From a candidate division WOR-3 bacterium (GTDB lineage: Bacteria > Hydrothermota > Tepidihabitantia > B3-TA06): a stretch of 64,000 nucleotides of DNA. The notes under the pieces are model-generated. The model did not search any database. It had not been told where the DNA came from and saw only the letters and a list, made by a program, of their open reading frames with translations. Position numbers and translations under genes: made by a program. Shown here one piece after another: positions 56,601 through 64,000 of this stretch. Position 1 is the stretch's first letter. The number at the start of each line of letters is the position of its first letter. Location: assembly GCA_023128825.1 (NCBI GenBank), contig JAGMDF010000082.1, positions 8,626 through 72,625 of the forward strand, in the 5' to 3' direction.

Positions 56601-57349
56601 TCGTTGGCCGGAATCCAGTCCCCGCCGCAGGCGTAGCTATCCTGCTCGGAGATGATGTCTCCGTTTCCAAAGGGACCAGGGCTGACCTCAGGCATCTGTA
56701 TTGCACGGCGATACTTGTTGATCGTGGTATCCGTAAACGGCCAGAGCACCTGGTAGTCAAGAGGGGTAGTTCCGGGAGTGGCAAAGAGCCTTCCGCCTTC
56801 ACCGTCATACCCGTAGCCTTGAGGGATGGTCATATCACTGAAGTAAAGCCCGAGGTTGCTGATGTCGCGCATGCCGCCTGCGATTTTCATCTCCGGAGCG
56901 GCCATAGCTCCAATGTCCGAGTTAAAGGCACCCTTGGAGACGTTATAGACCATCTCGTCTCCAACCGGGTAGTGGCTGCCGACCCACAGACCCCACGCAT
57001 AGGTGTAGAACTGCTCTGAGCCTTTGGGATACTCGGCGTTCCTGCCTCTCGTGTTAGGATAAAGCCTGCTAGACTCTATGGGGAATTCCCCTCTGTATTC
57101 GTGTTCGTCTGCCGGGTGGCGGGCGAATGTGCCGCCCTGAAGGGTATTGCTGACCAGGAAGTCTGAGATGTTTCCTGCGTCTACCCACCATATCATCCAC
57201 CAGGAGGCCGCCTCGTTTGTCGCCACGGTCAAGAGACGGTTTTGATTTTGGGGTGCAAGCTGAACGTCGCTATCCATTCTGGCAAGAACGGGTAAAGCCA
57301 GAAACACGAGGCTCGCTAAAACAAGGATTGTTTTTCTTTTCATCGTCAT
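53666..57349 (-). CDS. very large secreted protein (1227 aa) with T9SS C-terminal sorting domain
   Basis: Signal peptide; C-terminus 'VVPNPYYV...HVIFQRLPLKCSIRIFNSAGLLIRTIEHDG...EWDLLTEAGMDCTSGLYIWQVEAETSDGKKKTKVGKFAIIR' is a canonical Por_Secre_tail. Confidence 0.75.
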   Translation of the reverse strand: MTMKRKTILVLASLVFLALPVLARMDSDVQLAPQNQNRLLTVATNEAASWWMIWWVDAGNISDFLVSNTLQGGTFARHPADEHEYRGEFPIESSRLYPNTRGRNAEYPKGSEQFYTYAWGLWVGSHYPVGDEMVYNVSKGAFNSDIGAMAAPEMKIAGGMRDISNLGLYFSDMTIPQGYGYDGEGGRLFATPGTTPLDYQVLWPFTDTTINKYRRAIQMPEVSPGPFGNGDIISEQDSYACGGDWIPANDATCIWILSTGAYDLRGQGLRIEQRTYAWNYEYNNSYIFINYKIRNMNDFPLDSVYFSFFMDNDIGEGGTSAGDDGFWDDLIGFDQELNMGYTYDANGSEEGWVTPAGYIGAVFLDTPLDIGLTGFETWPNGYEIDNLGQDSLKYAYMAHTEFWTYDKPNDVRMLMNCGPYPHLKPDEEVELTIAVIVAYSFDELKEKAKSAKIQFENGYFGYAPPPNPSLSVIPGDSVVYLTWGSESEHYIDPMSGQPTFEGYRIYKSLSGLSETWQLLGDYDLKDSKNPDTAVVEHTSGPSKASIEFLEVYYNEFTRKEPAEYGFEPNTYTLTFQQDKKDTSYKYYIVYDVATQNILTYNPDALEESGYCVLDKLNGTPKAFPAAVKAKGKVTFTPGPGDTLIPKGTIVATDADNPVFGYVEFETTQNGTIDPPGTPVDVNIEARVAGTVGNVTAGQITTIVKPVLPGVTVTNADPITGGVDGPHYYPYESGDIIFIDGGQYCISDADSGATGDILEPIHGEVFTINTYTETQLGGQVGVRHYYVDEDVRNGQIYYYSVTSYSKPQPTEGVESLEGGKTGKTYWAVSRSNPMGWQDAMVGPVIRVAGDGSALVRDSLISPDEITGHEYEVGFRAVTRIDTIIEGSDVTIDTLDIIKYAYFKDVDADSLVLDSFLTHAGELSGPIIDGVLVQVASVPIDTLDVEELIDTLYTGWLERPSKTDMYWNMDWTNAIRGRPVPYTIDYLVTVVDSAQDGKDRWGPVVVNRYDNNEPVESFLWNKDGDPNIDRLDITGNTSVSIYWEEIKPGKEVFKLSFVDTATTRRPIVDTVTNDTIGWDTTRYVIPPEPGDKFLIKTLKATSEEDRFRYTTFAARLDEDDTTQTLDDVRVVPNPYYVRAPWDRSQYDRHVIFQRLPLKCSIRIFNSAGLLIRTIEHDGEGLYGAAGSEEWDLLTEAGMDCTSGLYIWQVEAETSDGKKKTKVGKFAIIR

Positions 57350-57361
57350 TTCTCCTCTGGC

Positions 57362-60300
57362 CTAAAAGCTCACACGGATGCCGAAGCGCAGCTCACGCGG
57401 AGCACCAAACATCGCCGGACTCTGAGCGTAGTAATGCTCCCAGTCAGCAACATCGGCCTGCCAGTTTTCGTATTCGTCTGCAAAGCCGTTGCTTGCGTAG
57501 TTGCGGTAGTTGGCCTCTTCGTAGACAGGGCGTCCACCGTTGTCGTCAGGGAGACCCGTATTGCTGTAAACATTCACCACGTTACGCCAGTCAAAGATGT
57601 TGCGAACATCGAAGTACGCTCCCAGCCTGAGTCTCTCTCCCAGAGGGAACCACTTCTCCAGCTTGGCATCCAGGGTCTTGGTGCCCGGCATACGCCGGGT
57701 GCCCATGGGTATTATGTTGCCGCGGGAGTCGGTTCCCCAGTAAGGCTGCCCGGAAGCGTAGTTGAACTGAACGTTCAGATTGGTCAGTCTCAAAGCTTTG
57801 ACTGAGAAGTCCGGGGCAAGATAGAAGTTCAAGTTGGCCTTGAGCGAGTGTGTAACGTCGAACTCCAACGGGTACTCGTGCTTCGGGGGCTCAAGAGCGG
57901 TGCCGCGATAGCGGTAGTAGAACTCACGCCCTGAAGAACCGGTACCCTTGGCATCCATGAAGGAGTAGGTTATATTCCAGGAAAGAAAGCGGGCTGCCCG
58001 ACGAACCAAACCCACATCGAAACCCGTGACCTTGGCAAAATCCTCGATTACGTACACGGTGTAGGTCGAAAGTTTACCCTTGTAGATTGTGTTTACGCTA
58101 CGGGTAGCCAGAAGATTCTCCTGATCCTTGTAGTAACCCTTAAGCTCAAACGCCATGTCATTGGATATGGCGTACTTGTATCCCGCCTGGTAGAAGATCG
58201 TCTTAAGAGGCGGCAGATTGGGGTTACCCAGCAGAGGTACGCCCACGGTGATGTCGGCTTCCAGATTCTCATAAAGATCCTGCAGGTTGACCGGCTGGAA
58301 GAAGTGACCGTAGGAAGCATACATCATGGATTTTTCAGACACCGCGAAGGAGATCGAAAGACGAGGGCTGAACTGGAATTTAGGCTTTGCAACTACCTTG
58401 CCGGAGTCGATGTTCTCAGGGTCAACAAAGTAGTCGGATGCAGGATGGAAGAAATCGAAGCGAACGCCCGCGTTAAGCTCCAAATCCTCGTACTTGATCT
58501 TGTCCTGAACGTAGGCCGCAGCGATGATCGGTTCCTTGTGGTAGGTATCGTTGTAGGGGTTCTCGTTGACAAACTGGATACTCTTGTAGTCGAGGAAATG
58601 ATAGTTTCCGCTCATGCCTGCCTTGAACCAGTGGACCTCGTTGGGGTTCCAGTCGAAGGAAGCGTCAGCTATGTACTTGGTGGTGTTGCGCTCCGCCCAG
58701 TAGGGGAAGAAGTAGTAACGGAAACGACGGAACAAGGGGTCGGTGTTGTAACGAACGTAATAGAGATTCCCTGAACTCTCAAGGCTGTCCTCGTAGGGAT
58801 TATCAACGGTGGTATCCTTCCAGTTCTGCCAGAGGTCGTAGTAGTGTTTGTAGAGGTCAAAATCGAAGAGGTGGTAGTGCACGCCTACGGTGTCAATTAT
58901 TGTATCCGTTCCTTCAATCCTGGTTTCAACCGTGGGCCGCCACTCGTTGACCTCGTACCAGCGCCAGTTGAGGGACTCAAGCTGCTCCTTACAGCCTACC
59001 CATCGGAATACGCTGTCGCCGTCTATAAGGTAGCCGTTCTTTTTGACGTACTCGTTGTGGAAGAACCAGACCGCGGAGTCCGGATCCTCAGTGATGGCTG
59101 AGTAGCGCTCAAGGATGTTGAAGTAAATAGAGTCCTGGGTGTTGTTGTCAACGTAGGCAAAGGTTGACTCTGGGATATAAAAGCTCATGGAGTCCGCGTT
59201 GTAGATGCGCTGTAAGGTCGAGTCTATTATGGTGTCTCCTTCTTCGGAGATGGTGGTATCATGTTCCCACCAGGTCCGACCGTAGGCCCAGGTTACCCAA
59301 TCCATCAGCATACGACCCACCATGCGGAAATCGTTGTAATGCGCGCCGTCCATGTAGGAGGTCTTGCTATGGGTGTTGAATGTACCTACGTTGACCGTGT
59401 ACGCTATCTTGTCAATACGCTGATTGACCTTGAGATTCAACTGATAGTTGTCCTGGTTAACCATAGGTCCATTCTGTAACCAGATGCCTTTCGAGTAGGC
59501 GTGGCTGTAGCCATGACGCCAGGTGTTGGAGTAGTTGCCTGAAAGGGTAAACTTAGCTCCACCCTCTGTCGGTCGCCAGGCAAGCTTAAGCGTTCCGTTC
59601 TTGCGGTGCTGATCGTTGAATGGGAGTCTGTTTTCGTGTTCGAGGATGTTCCCGGAGATGAAGAAGGAGGAACGCGGCAGACCCAGCGGCCCGCCAAAGG
59701 ACAAGGATCCCTTGTTATGCCACATATCCTTGTTCGGATATTTGATCGGATCCTTACTCAGCCTCAGGTGAGCGTCGGTTTCATACTCGGCTGTGCCCTC
59801 GAATCTCTGGCTACTGCCTTCACGGGTGACGATGTTGACCACCGCGGACATCGCATCGCCGTACTCGGCATTGAAGGTGCCGGTGTTAATGGTTATCTCC
59901 TGAATAGCCGTGTTGTCTATGTAGACGCCCGATTGACCGGTCACTGGATCGTTGGCGTTGATACCGTCAACCACGTAGACCACCTCGTTGGTTCGGCCGC
60001 CCTGGATGTGCAGACCTGACGAGTAGCCACTCGCAGTCTCGGTAGCTCCAGCTACAAGCCTTACAACGTCCTGGTAGTTATCCACCGGCATACGTATGAT
60101 CTCCCCACGCTCTATGGGATGTGGCTCCGTTGTGAGAAGCGGGCGGGTGGCCGTAATTATTTGCACCGGCATATCGATGCTTCCGGGCTTTAACCTTGCA
60201 TCCTGTTTGGTAACCTGGTCGGCCGTAACCTTGACACCGCTCACCACAACAACCTGGTAGCCAATCATCGAGAACTCAAGGGTGTATTCGCCGGCACGAA

Positions 60301-60514
60301 GGTTAGAGATCACGTAGGTTCCATCCATGCCGGTTGCAGCACCAGTGACGGACTCACCATTCTGTCGCACGATGACGTTTACAGAGGGCAGTGGATCTCC
60401 TGTTCCGGCGTCTCTTACCCGCCCGGTGATCTTCCCCATGATACCGGCCATTAAAAGACCTGGAATGAGAAGTAACACCATGGCGAGAAAGACGCCCCTT
60501 ACTTTTACTCTCAC
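57362..60514 (-). CDS. TonB-dependent outer-membrane receptor, SusC/RagA-like (N-terminal CarboxypepD_reg domain + plug + 22-strand barrel)
   Basis: 'GKITGRVRDAGTGDPLPSVNVIV...GTYVISNLRAGEYTLEFSMIGY' CarbopepD_reg; plug 'YVVDGINANDP'; C-terminal 'RELRFGIRVSF'. Confidence 0.75.
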   Translation of the reverse strand: MRVKVRGVFLAMVLLLIPGLLMAGIMGKITGRVRDAGTGDPLPSVNVIVRQNGESVTGAATGMDGTYVISNLRAGEYTLEFSMIGYQVVVVSGVKVTADQVTKQDARLKPGSIDMPVQIITATRPLLTTEPHPIERGEIIRMPVDNYQDVVRLVAGATETASGYSSGLHIQGGRTNEVVYVVDGINANDPVTGQSGVYIDNTAIQEITINTGTFNAEYGDAMSAVVNIVTREGSSQRFEGTAEYETDAHLRLSKDPIKYPNKDMWHNKGSLSFGGPLGLPRSSFFISGNILEHENRLPFNDQHRKNGTLKLAWRPTEGGAKFTLSGNYSNTWRHGYSHAYSKGIWLQNGPMVNQDNYQLNLKVNQRIDKIAYTVNVGTFNTHSKTSYMDGAHYNDFRMVGRMLMDWVTWAYGRTWWEHDTTISEEGDTIIDSTLQRIYNADSMSFYIPESTFAYVDNNTQDSIYFNILERYSAITEDPDSAVWFFHNEYVKKNGYLIDGDSVFRWVGCKEQLESLNWRWYEVNEWRPTVETRIEGTDTIIDTVGVHYHLFDFDLYKHYYDLWQNWKDTTVDNPYEDSLESSGNLYYVRYNTDPLFRRFRYYFFPYWAERNTTKYIADASFDWNPNEVHWFKAGMSGNYHFLDYKSIQFVNENPYNDTYHKEPIIAAAYVQDKIKYEDLELNAGVRFDFFHPASDYFVDPENIDSGKVVAKPKFQFSPRLSISFAVSEKSMMYASYGHFFQPVNLQDLYENLEADITVGVPLLGNPNLPPLKTIFYQAGYKYAISNDMAFELKGYYKDQENLLATRSVNTIYKGKLSTYTVYVIEDFAKVTGFDVGLVRRAARFLSWNITYSFMDAKGTGSSGREFYYRYRGTALEPPKHEYPLEFDVTHSLKANLNFYLAPDFSVKALRLTNLNVQFNYASGQPYWGTDSRGNIIPMGTRRMPGTKTLDAKLEKWFPLGERLRLGAYFDVRNIFDWRNVVNVYSNTGLPDDNGGRPVYEEANYRNYASNGFADEYENWQADVADWEHYYAQSPAMFGAPRELRFGIRVSF

Positions 60515-60850
60515 GTTAAACCTCCTAGCTCTAGCTGGATGGGTTTTTCAACATAACTCTATGTGAACTGGGGTCGGAATACTCCGATTACAAAGAATTG
60601 ACGCACCTCCTTTTCTTTCGTGGGAATTCACACTTTGACATTCACTCATAATAACCGTCCGTTTTTGCAGGCCGCCCTAGAAAGCCCAACATTAACTCAT
60701 CTGCTCAAGAGGGTTACACGGGGAGACAATCCAACTCCTTCGTGTATACCTTCGTATTTGAGTATAGGTTTCTTTCCTGACTTGTCAAGTGGTAGGAAAT
60801 CTGTGCGCCAGGAGATCATTGCCAGGGGGTGGGCCTACATTTAACAAACC

Positions 60851-60883
60851 GTGTGGAACGGGCTCTCTAGCCCGTTCTTTTAT
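60851..60883 (+). repeat. repeat A, copy 1: GTGTGGAACGGGCTCTCTAGCCCGTTCTTTTAT (9-bp stem, CTCT loop, U-run; terminator-like)
   Basis: Identical 33-mer at 61441..61473; followed by conserved ATTATGCACAGGCTGGAG. Confidence 0.7.
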
Positions 60884-60960
60884 ATTATGCACAGGCTGGA
60901 GCACCCGACGGGGGTACACTGGTATGGAGTGCGACAACGCGGTTGTCGCACTCCAAAGTT

Positions 60961-60997
60961 ATATGCTCCTTTTTACCTGGCGGTAAAAAGATCGCAG
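60961..60997 (-). repeat. family-1 hairpin repeat, copy 4 (inverted orientation: ATATGCTC-CTTTTTACC-TGGC-GGTAAAAAG-ATCGCAG)
   Basis: rc gives CTGCGAT...GAGCAT flanks; perfect 9-bp stem. Confidence 0.7.
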
Positions 60998-61012
60998 TAT
61001 AGAACTGTCCTA

Positions 61013-61052
61013 GGGGTCCCCGCGGCGTTACGAAGTAACGGCGTGGGGTAAA
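61013..61052 (+). repeat. family-2 structured repeat, copy 3 (GGGGTCCCCGCG-GCGTTAC-GAAG-GTAACGGC-GTGGGGTAAAG)
   Basis: Same conserved ends and GAAG loop as the 10479..10566 units, with a different complementary inner stem. Confidence 0.65.
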
Positions 61053-61359
61053 GTTACACCTCCCCCTTGACGGGGGAGAGTAGGGAGGGGGATTGTCATT
61101 GCGAGCGAACGAAGTGAGCGAAGCAATCTCGTAAAGATGACAAAGGCGTCTCAGTCATTATGAGGAGCGAGTGTTCGTGACGAGCGACATGACACCGAAG
61201 GACGACGCTTGCGGAGTAATCTCATTCTGCAAGGCGGTGCTATGAGATCGCCACACTTCCCCGCCTCTTACGAGGCGGACGGTCGGTCGCGATGACATTT
61301 AATCTTCCCCTCCCCTGGTGGGAGGGGTCGGAGACGAAGTCGACGGGGGAAGGGGAAAC

Positions 61360-61395
61360 ATATGCTCCTTTTCGCCTGTGGCGAAAAGATCGCAG
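61360..61395 (-). repeat. family-1 hairpin repeat, copy 5 (inverted orientation: ATATGCTC-CTTTTCGCC-TGT-GGCGAAAAG-ATCGCAG)
   Basis: Stem differs from copy 4 by compensatory TA>CG changes in both arms. Confidence 0.7.
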
Positions 61396-61440
61396 AGAAA
61401 GAATCGGTACATTCCCTTCGGGAATAGCTAGCGGCCCCGC

Positions 61441-61473
61441 GTGTGGAACGGGCTCTCTAGCCCGTTCTTTTAT
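61441..61473 (+). repeat. repeat A, copy 2 (identical 33-mer, followed by hairpin CACAGGC-TGGAGA-GCCTGTG)
   Basis: See 60851..60883. Confidence 0.7.
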
Positions 61474-61600
61474 GATTATCCACAGGCTGGAGAGCCTGTG
61501 CTACATTAAAGATATCCAATCTGTGTAAGTATTTTGAGGTTGAGTGCATAGATTTACTGGAATTCTTCCGTAGACAAAAGTGGGTTTTCAGGCATCAGGG

Positions 61601-62089
61601 TTAGAAATCTATTATCCTCCGTGCCCCTGCATATCTATGTTCGTAGTAGGGGTTGCCGACCCAGCGGACTACGATCACCCCATAGGTCGAAGATGCGTGC
61701 GCCATCTTGCCGTCCCAAAGATAGATGCCCACGTGGTTCACCTTGCCATGTCTGCCTTTACGAAAGAATACCAGATCGCCCATCTTCAGGGTGCACCTCG
61801 AAACCGACTTGCCCATTTTGAACTGTTTGCTTGCCGAGTGCGGCAGCTTTACCCCGAATCCCTTGAAAACCGTCATTGTAAATCCCGAGCAATCCGTACC
61901 TTTTGGGGTCGAGCCGCCGTAGACGTAGGGCGTTCCCTTGAAGCGGCGTATCTCCTCCACCAGGGCATCGCGCTGGGGTGTGCGCGTGGTCGCCCTCGGC
62001 ACACATCCTGCTACCGTAACACACCCCATCAAAATCAACACTACCCCCCCGATCCCAAGCACGCCCCGGATAAGGACACGTCTATTCAT
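61601..62089 (-). CDS. NlpC/P60 (C40) family peptidoglycan endopeptidase lipoprotein
   Basis: 'GGSTPKGTDCSGFTMTVFKGFGVKLPHSASKQ...KMGDLVFF...HVGIYL' Cys-His-His catalytic arrangement; lipobox 'LMGC'. Confidence 0.8.
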   Translation of the reverse strand: MNRRVLIRGVLGIGGVVLILMGCVTVAGCVPRATTRTPQRDALVEEIRRFKGTPYVYGGSTPKGTDCSGFTMTVFKGFGVKLPHSASKQFKMGKSVSRCTLKMGDLVFFRKGRHGKVNHVGIYLWDGKMAHASSTYGVIVVRWVGNPYYEHRYAGARRIIDF

Positions 62090-63998
62090 TAAGAAGGGAG
62101 TTGATCTCCATGGTCAGTAGCTTATCTATGTTGGGGATGGCCCCGACGTGGTGGAATTGAAGCACGCCCGTGGGGTCGATTACCGTGTGTGCGGGGACGG
62201 CCGAGACCTCAAACAGGCTGGAGAGCATGCCTGACGGGTCGATGTAAGCCTCGTAGAGGAAGGTGTTGGCGTCCAGGAAGCTATCTACCGTCTGCGGCTC
62301 CTCGCTGGAGATACCGATGAAGACCACATCGTCTCGGTCCTGATATGAGCGCACGAGCTGATTGAGTCTGGGTATCTCCTCCTTACACGGACCGCACCAG
62401 GTTGCCCAGAAGTTGATAACGACGACCTTCCCTGCAAATTCACTGGCGTATACGGTATCACCGGCAAGGGTGAGAAGCGGGAAGTTCGGCACCGGGACGT
62501 TCATCCTGCGCCGCAGCGCGATCTCGAGTTCTTCAGCCTGCAGCCACTCCTCGAAACCCTCGATGCTACCGTGATCCAGAAGATAGATATCCTGGAGGGC
62601 CTTCTGTATGGTGCGATCCTCAGGCTCAACGAGCATGATGTTCAGGAGCGCAATCTTGTGTGCGGCAAGATCTCCGGCCTTCTCGCTTACCGCGAGTAGA
62701 CGTCTGTAGACTTCTTCTTCGTAATCCGGGATGCTGGTGAGCAGAGAGTCCGCCAGTAGAAGTTCGCGGACTGCATCTTCGTATTTGCCGTATTTGAACG
62801 AGAGCCAGCCAAGGGTGGTGTAGAGGGTTGCCTGTGTTTCGAGGAGCATGGCGCGTCGTTCGCTGAGGTCGCGCCACCAGAAGAGCTCACGGTAACGGTC
62901 GGCGGTGATCCCCTTGATTGTCTGTTTCAGGTATTTTGAGGCTTCCGCGAAGTTTTTGCCCTTGACTGAAGCTGCTTCTGCAAAGCGCGCCGCGGCCATG
63001 GGGTCATCGGAGTTCTTTACGGCGCTGCGATAGTAGCCAAGTGCGGTTTTCCAGCTGCGGTCCCTGTAGTATTCGGCCAACTGGATGTTGAGTTCCAGGT
63101 CATCGGGATACTTTTCGAGCCACTTAATCATCTCTGCGGTCCAAAGGTCTGTCGGCTGTTCGTACTTAACCTGAAGCATGGTGATTATGAAGGCAGAGGC
63201 TAGCTCTGAAGACGGAAACTCGTTAAGGAAATCGGCGGCTATGTCCTCGATGCGTTGTTTGCGACGTCCGGCAAGCGCGTAGCTCATAAGTAGAAAGTAA
63301 GCGGTTTCCCTTGCATCTCCTTTAAGTAATGGGAATACCGCCCTTTCAAACTCACCCAGACGCTGTGGTGTCTCTGAAATGAAAGCGTAGATGCTATTCT
63401 GATAGTCTGTCCAGCTGGAACCCTCAGGATAGTTCTCAGCGCAGAGCGCCATAAGTGCCTCGCCCTTGTCCTTGAAGCCTTGCGATGCGATAAAGAACTC
63501 CATTGCGGCAAAGCGCAGGGCCTCCAGGGAGTCAGGTTCTGCGGCAAGGAGGGAGTCAAGCTCGGCTGCTATGGCGGCTTCAGTTGTCTCGCCCGCCTGG
63601 AGCTCTAACCTGTGCAAGAGCACAAGCGCTTGCCAGTTCATGGGGTAATACTCGAGCTCCAGCTTGACAAGCTCGCGCGCACGGTCCCAGCGATCCGCAA
63701 GAGGGTCAAGGTAAAGCGTTGCATAACTTCGGTTCGCGTCGTAGCGCGGCTTGCCACTCTCCTCGTACACCGGTGTGGCGAAGAACACTCCGTCATCGTC
63801 GGCAAGCGGTTTTTCGTCGTCCTCTATCTTATAGGTGAGGATGGTTGCTTCTCGAGGCACGGTATATGAGAAGTACCACTCGTCCTGGGAGGGCCTGCAG
63901 GGTATTATCTGGACCAATACCGTATCCGGCGTGTAGGCGGCCAGGAGCATGCGAGGGTTACTGGATTCGTAGGCGAACCCTTTAATCTTCCACGACAC
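62082..63998 (-). CDS. TPR-repeat protein with C-terminal TlpA-like thioredoxin domain (5' end outside window)
   Basis: C-terminal 'VVVINFWATWCGPCKEEIP' CGPC thioredoxin motif; upstream TPR helices; frame still open at window edge. Confidence 0.75.
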   Translation of the reverse strand: MSWKIKGFAYESSNPRMLLAAYTPDTVLVQIIPCRPSQDEWYFSYTVPREATILTYKIEDDEKPLADDDGVFFATPVYEESGKPRYDANRSYATLYLDPLADRWDRARELVKLELEYYPMNWQALVLLHRLELQAGETTEAAIAAELDSLLAAEPDSLEALRFAAMEFFIASQGFKDKGEALMALCAENYPEGSSWTDYQNSIYAFISETPQRLGEFERAVFPLLKGDARETAYFLLMSYALAGRRKQRIEDIAADFLNEFPSSELASAFIITMLQVKYEQPTDLWTAEMIKWLEKYPDDLELNIQLAEYYRDRSWKTALGYYRSAVKNSDDPMAAARFAEAASVKGKNFAEASKYLKQTIKGITADRYRELFWWRDLSERRAMLLETQATLYTTLGWLSFKYGKYEDAVRELLLADSLLTSIPDYEEEVYRRLLAVSEKAGDLAAHKIALLNIMLVEPEDRTIQKALQDIYLLDHGSIEGFEEWLQAEELEIALRRRMNVPVPNFPLLTLAGDTVYASEFAGKVVVINFWATWCGPCKEEIPRLNQLVRSYQDRDDVVFIGISSEEPQTVDSFLDANTFLYEAYIDPSGMLSSLFEVSAVPAHTVIDPTGVLQFHHVGAIPNIDKLLTMEINSLLNE

Positions 63999-64000
63999 CT

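Noticed and set aside
60789-61528. Small plus-strand ORFs (65-78 aa) in the repeat nest
   Set aside because: They run through the conserved hairpin repeats and have no SD. Their existence depends on the GC-rich repeats themselves.

Overview
This 64-kb window appears to be chromosomal DNA from a GC-rich, Gram-negative bacterium (visual estimate: high-50s % GC, not computed). The organism has a type IX secretion system: three proteins end in Por/T9SS C-terminal sorting domains and two PorV/FadL-like outer-membrane barrels are present, which points to an uncultivated FCB-superphylum lineage.

Coding density is high, with about 60 CDSs and three tRNAs: Gly-CCC, Gln-CTG and Leu-GAG. Housekeeping landmarks are the rpmH-rnpA-yidD-yidC-jag-mnmE cluster, accD, lptF/lptG-type permeases, a MacAB-TolC-like efflux operon, Xer recombinase, a cysteine desulfurase operon with yceD, and a wecB/Wzx/GT4 surface-glycan locus. 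Promoters are easy to read in this genome (TTGACA-N16/17-TATAAT-like) and several sit so close to the start codon that the mRNAs look leaderless.

Most unusual items:
1. A strongly expressed 201-aa ORF (45831..46436, minus) whose N-terminal motifs resemble the gasdermin pore-forming domain. No cognate protease is adjacent.
2. Two families of short structured repeats with invariant flanks or loops and covarying stems. They are dispersed through intergenic regions and concentrated in an ORF-free repeat nest of about 1 kb at 60.6-61.6 kb, which also carries UUCG and GAAG tetraloop hairpins.
3. A four-gene cluster (GT4, CDP-alcohol phosphatidyltransferase, cytidylyltransferase, G1P-dehydrogenase-like Fe-ADH/DHQS-superfamily enzyme) next to an archaeal-type bifunctional FBP aldolase/phosphatase.
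4. A radical-SAM/SPASM plus TetR module bracketed by identical 28-nt palindromic terminators, with a perfect 26-bp operator palindrome.
5. A TonB-dependent receptor, giant T9SS cargo and PorV-like barrel operon.

No CRISPR array, transposase or prophage was detected.
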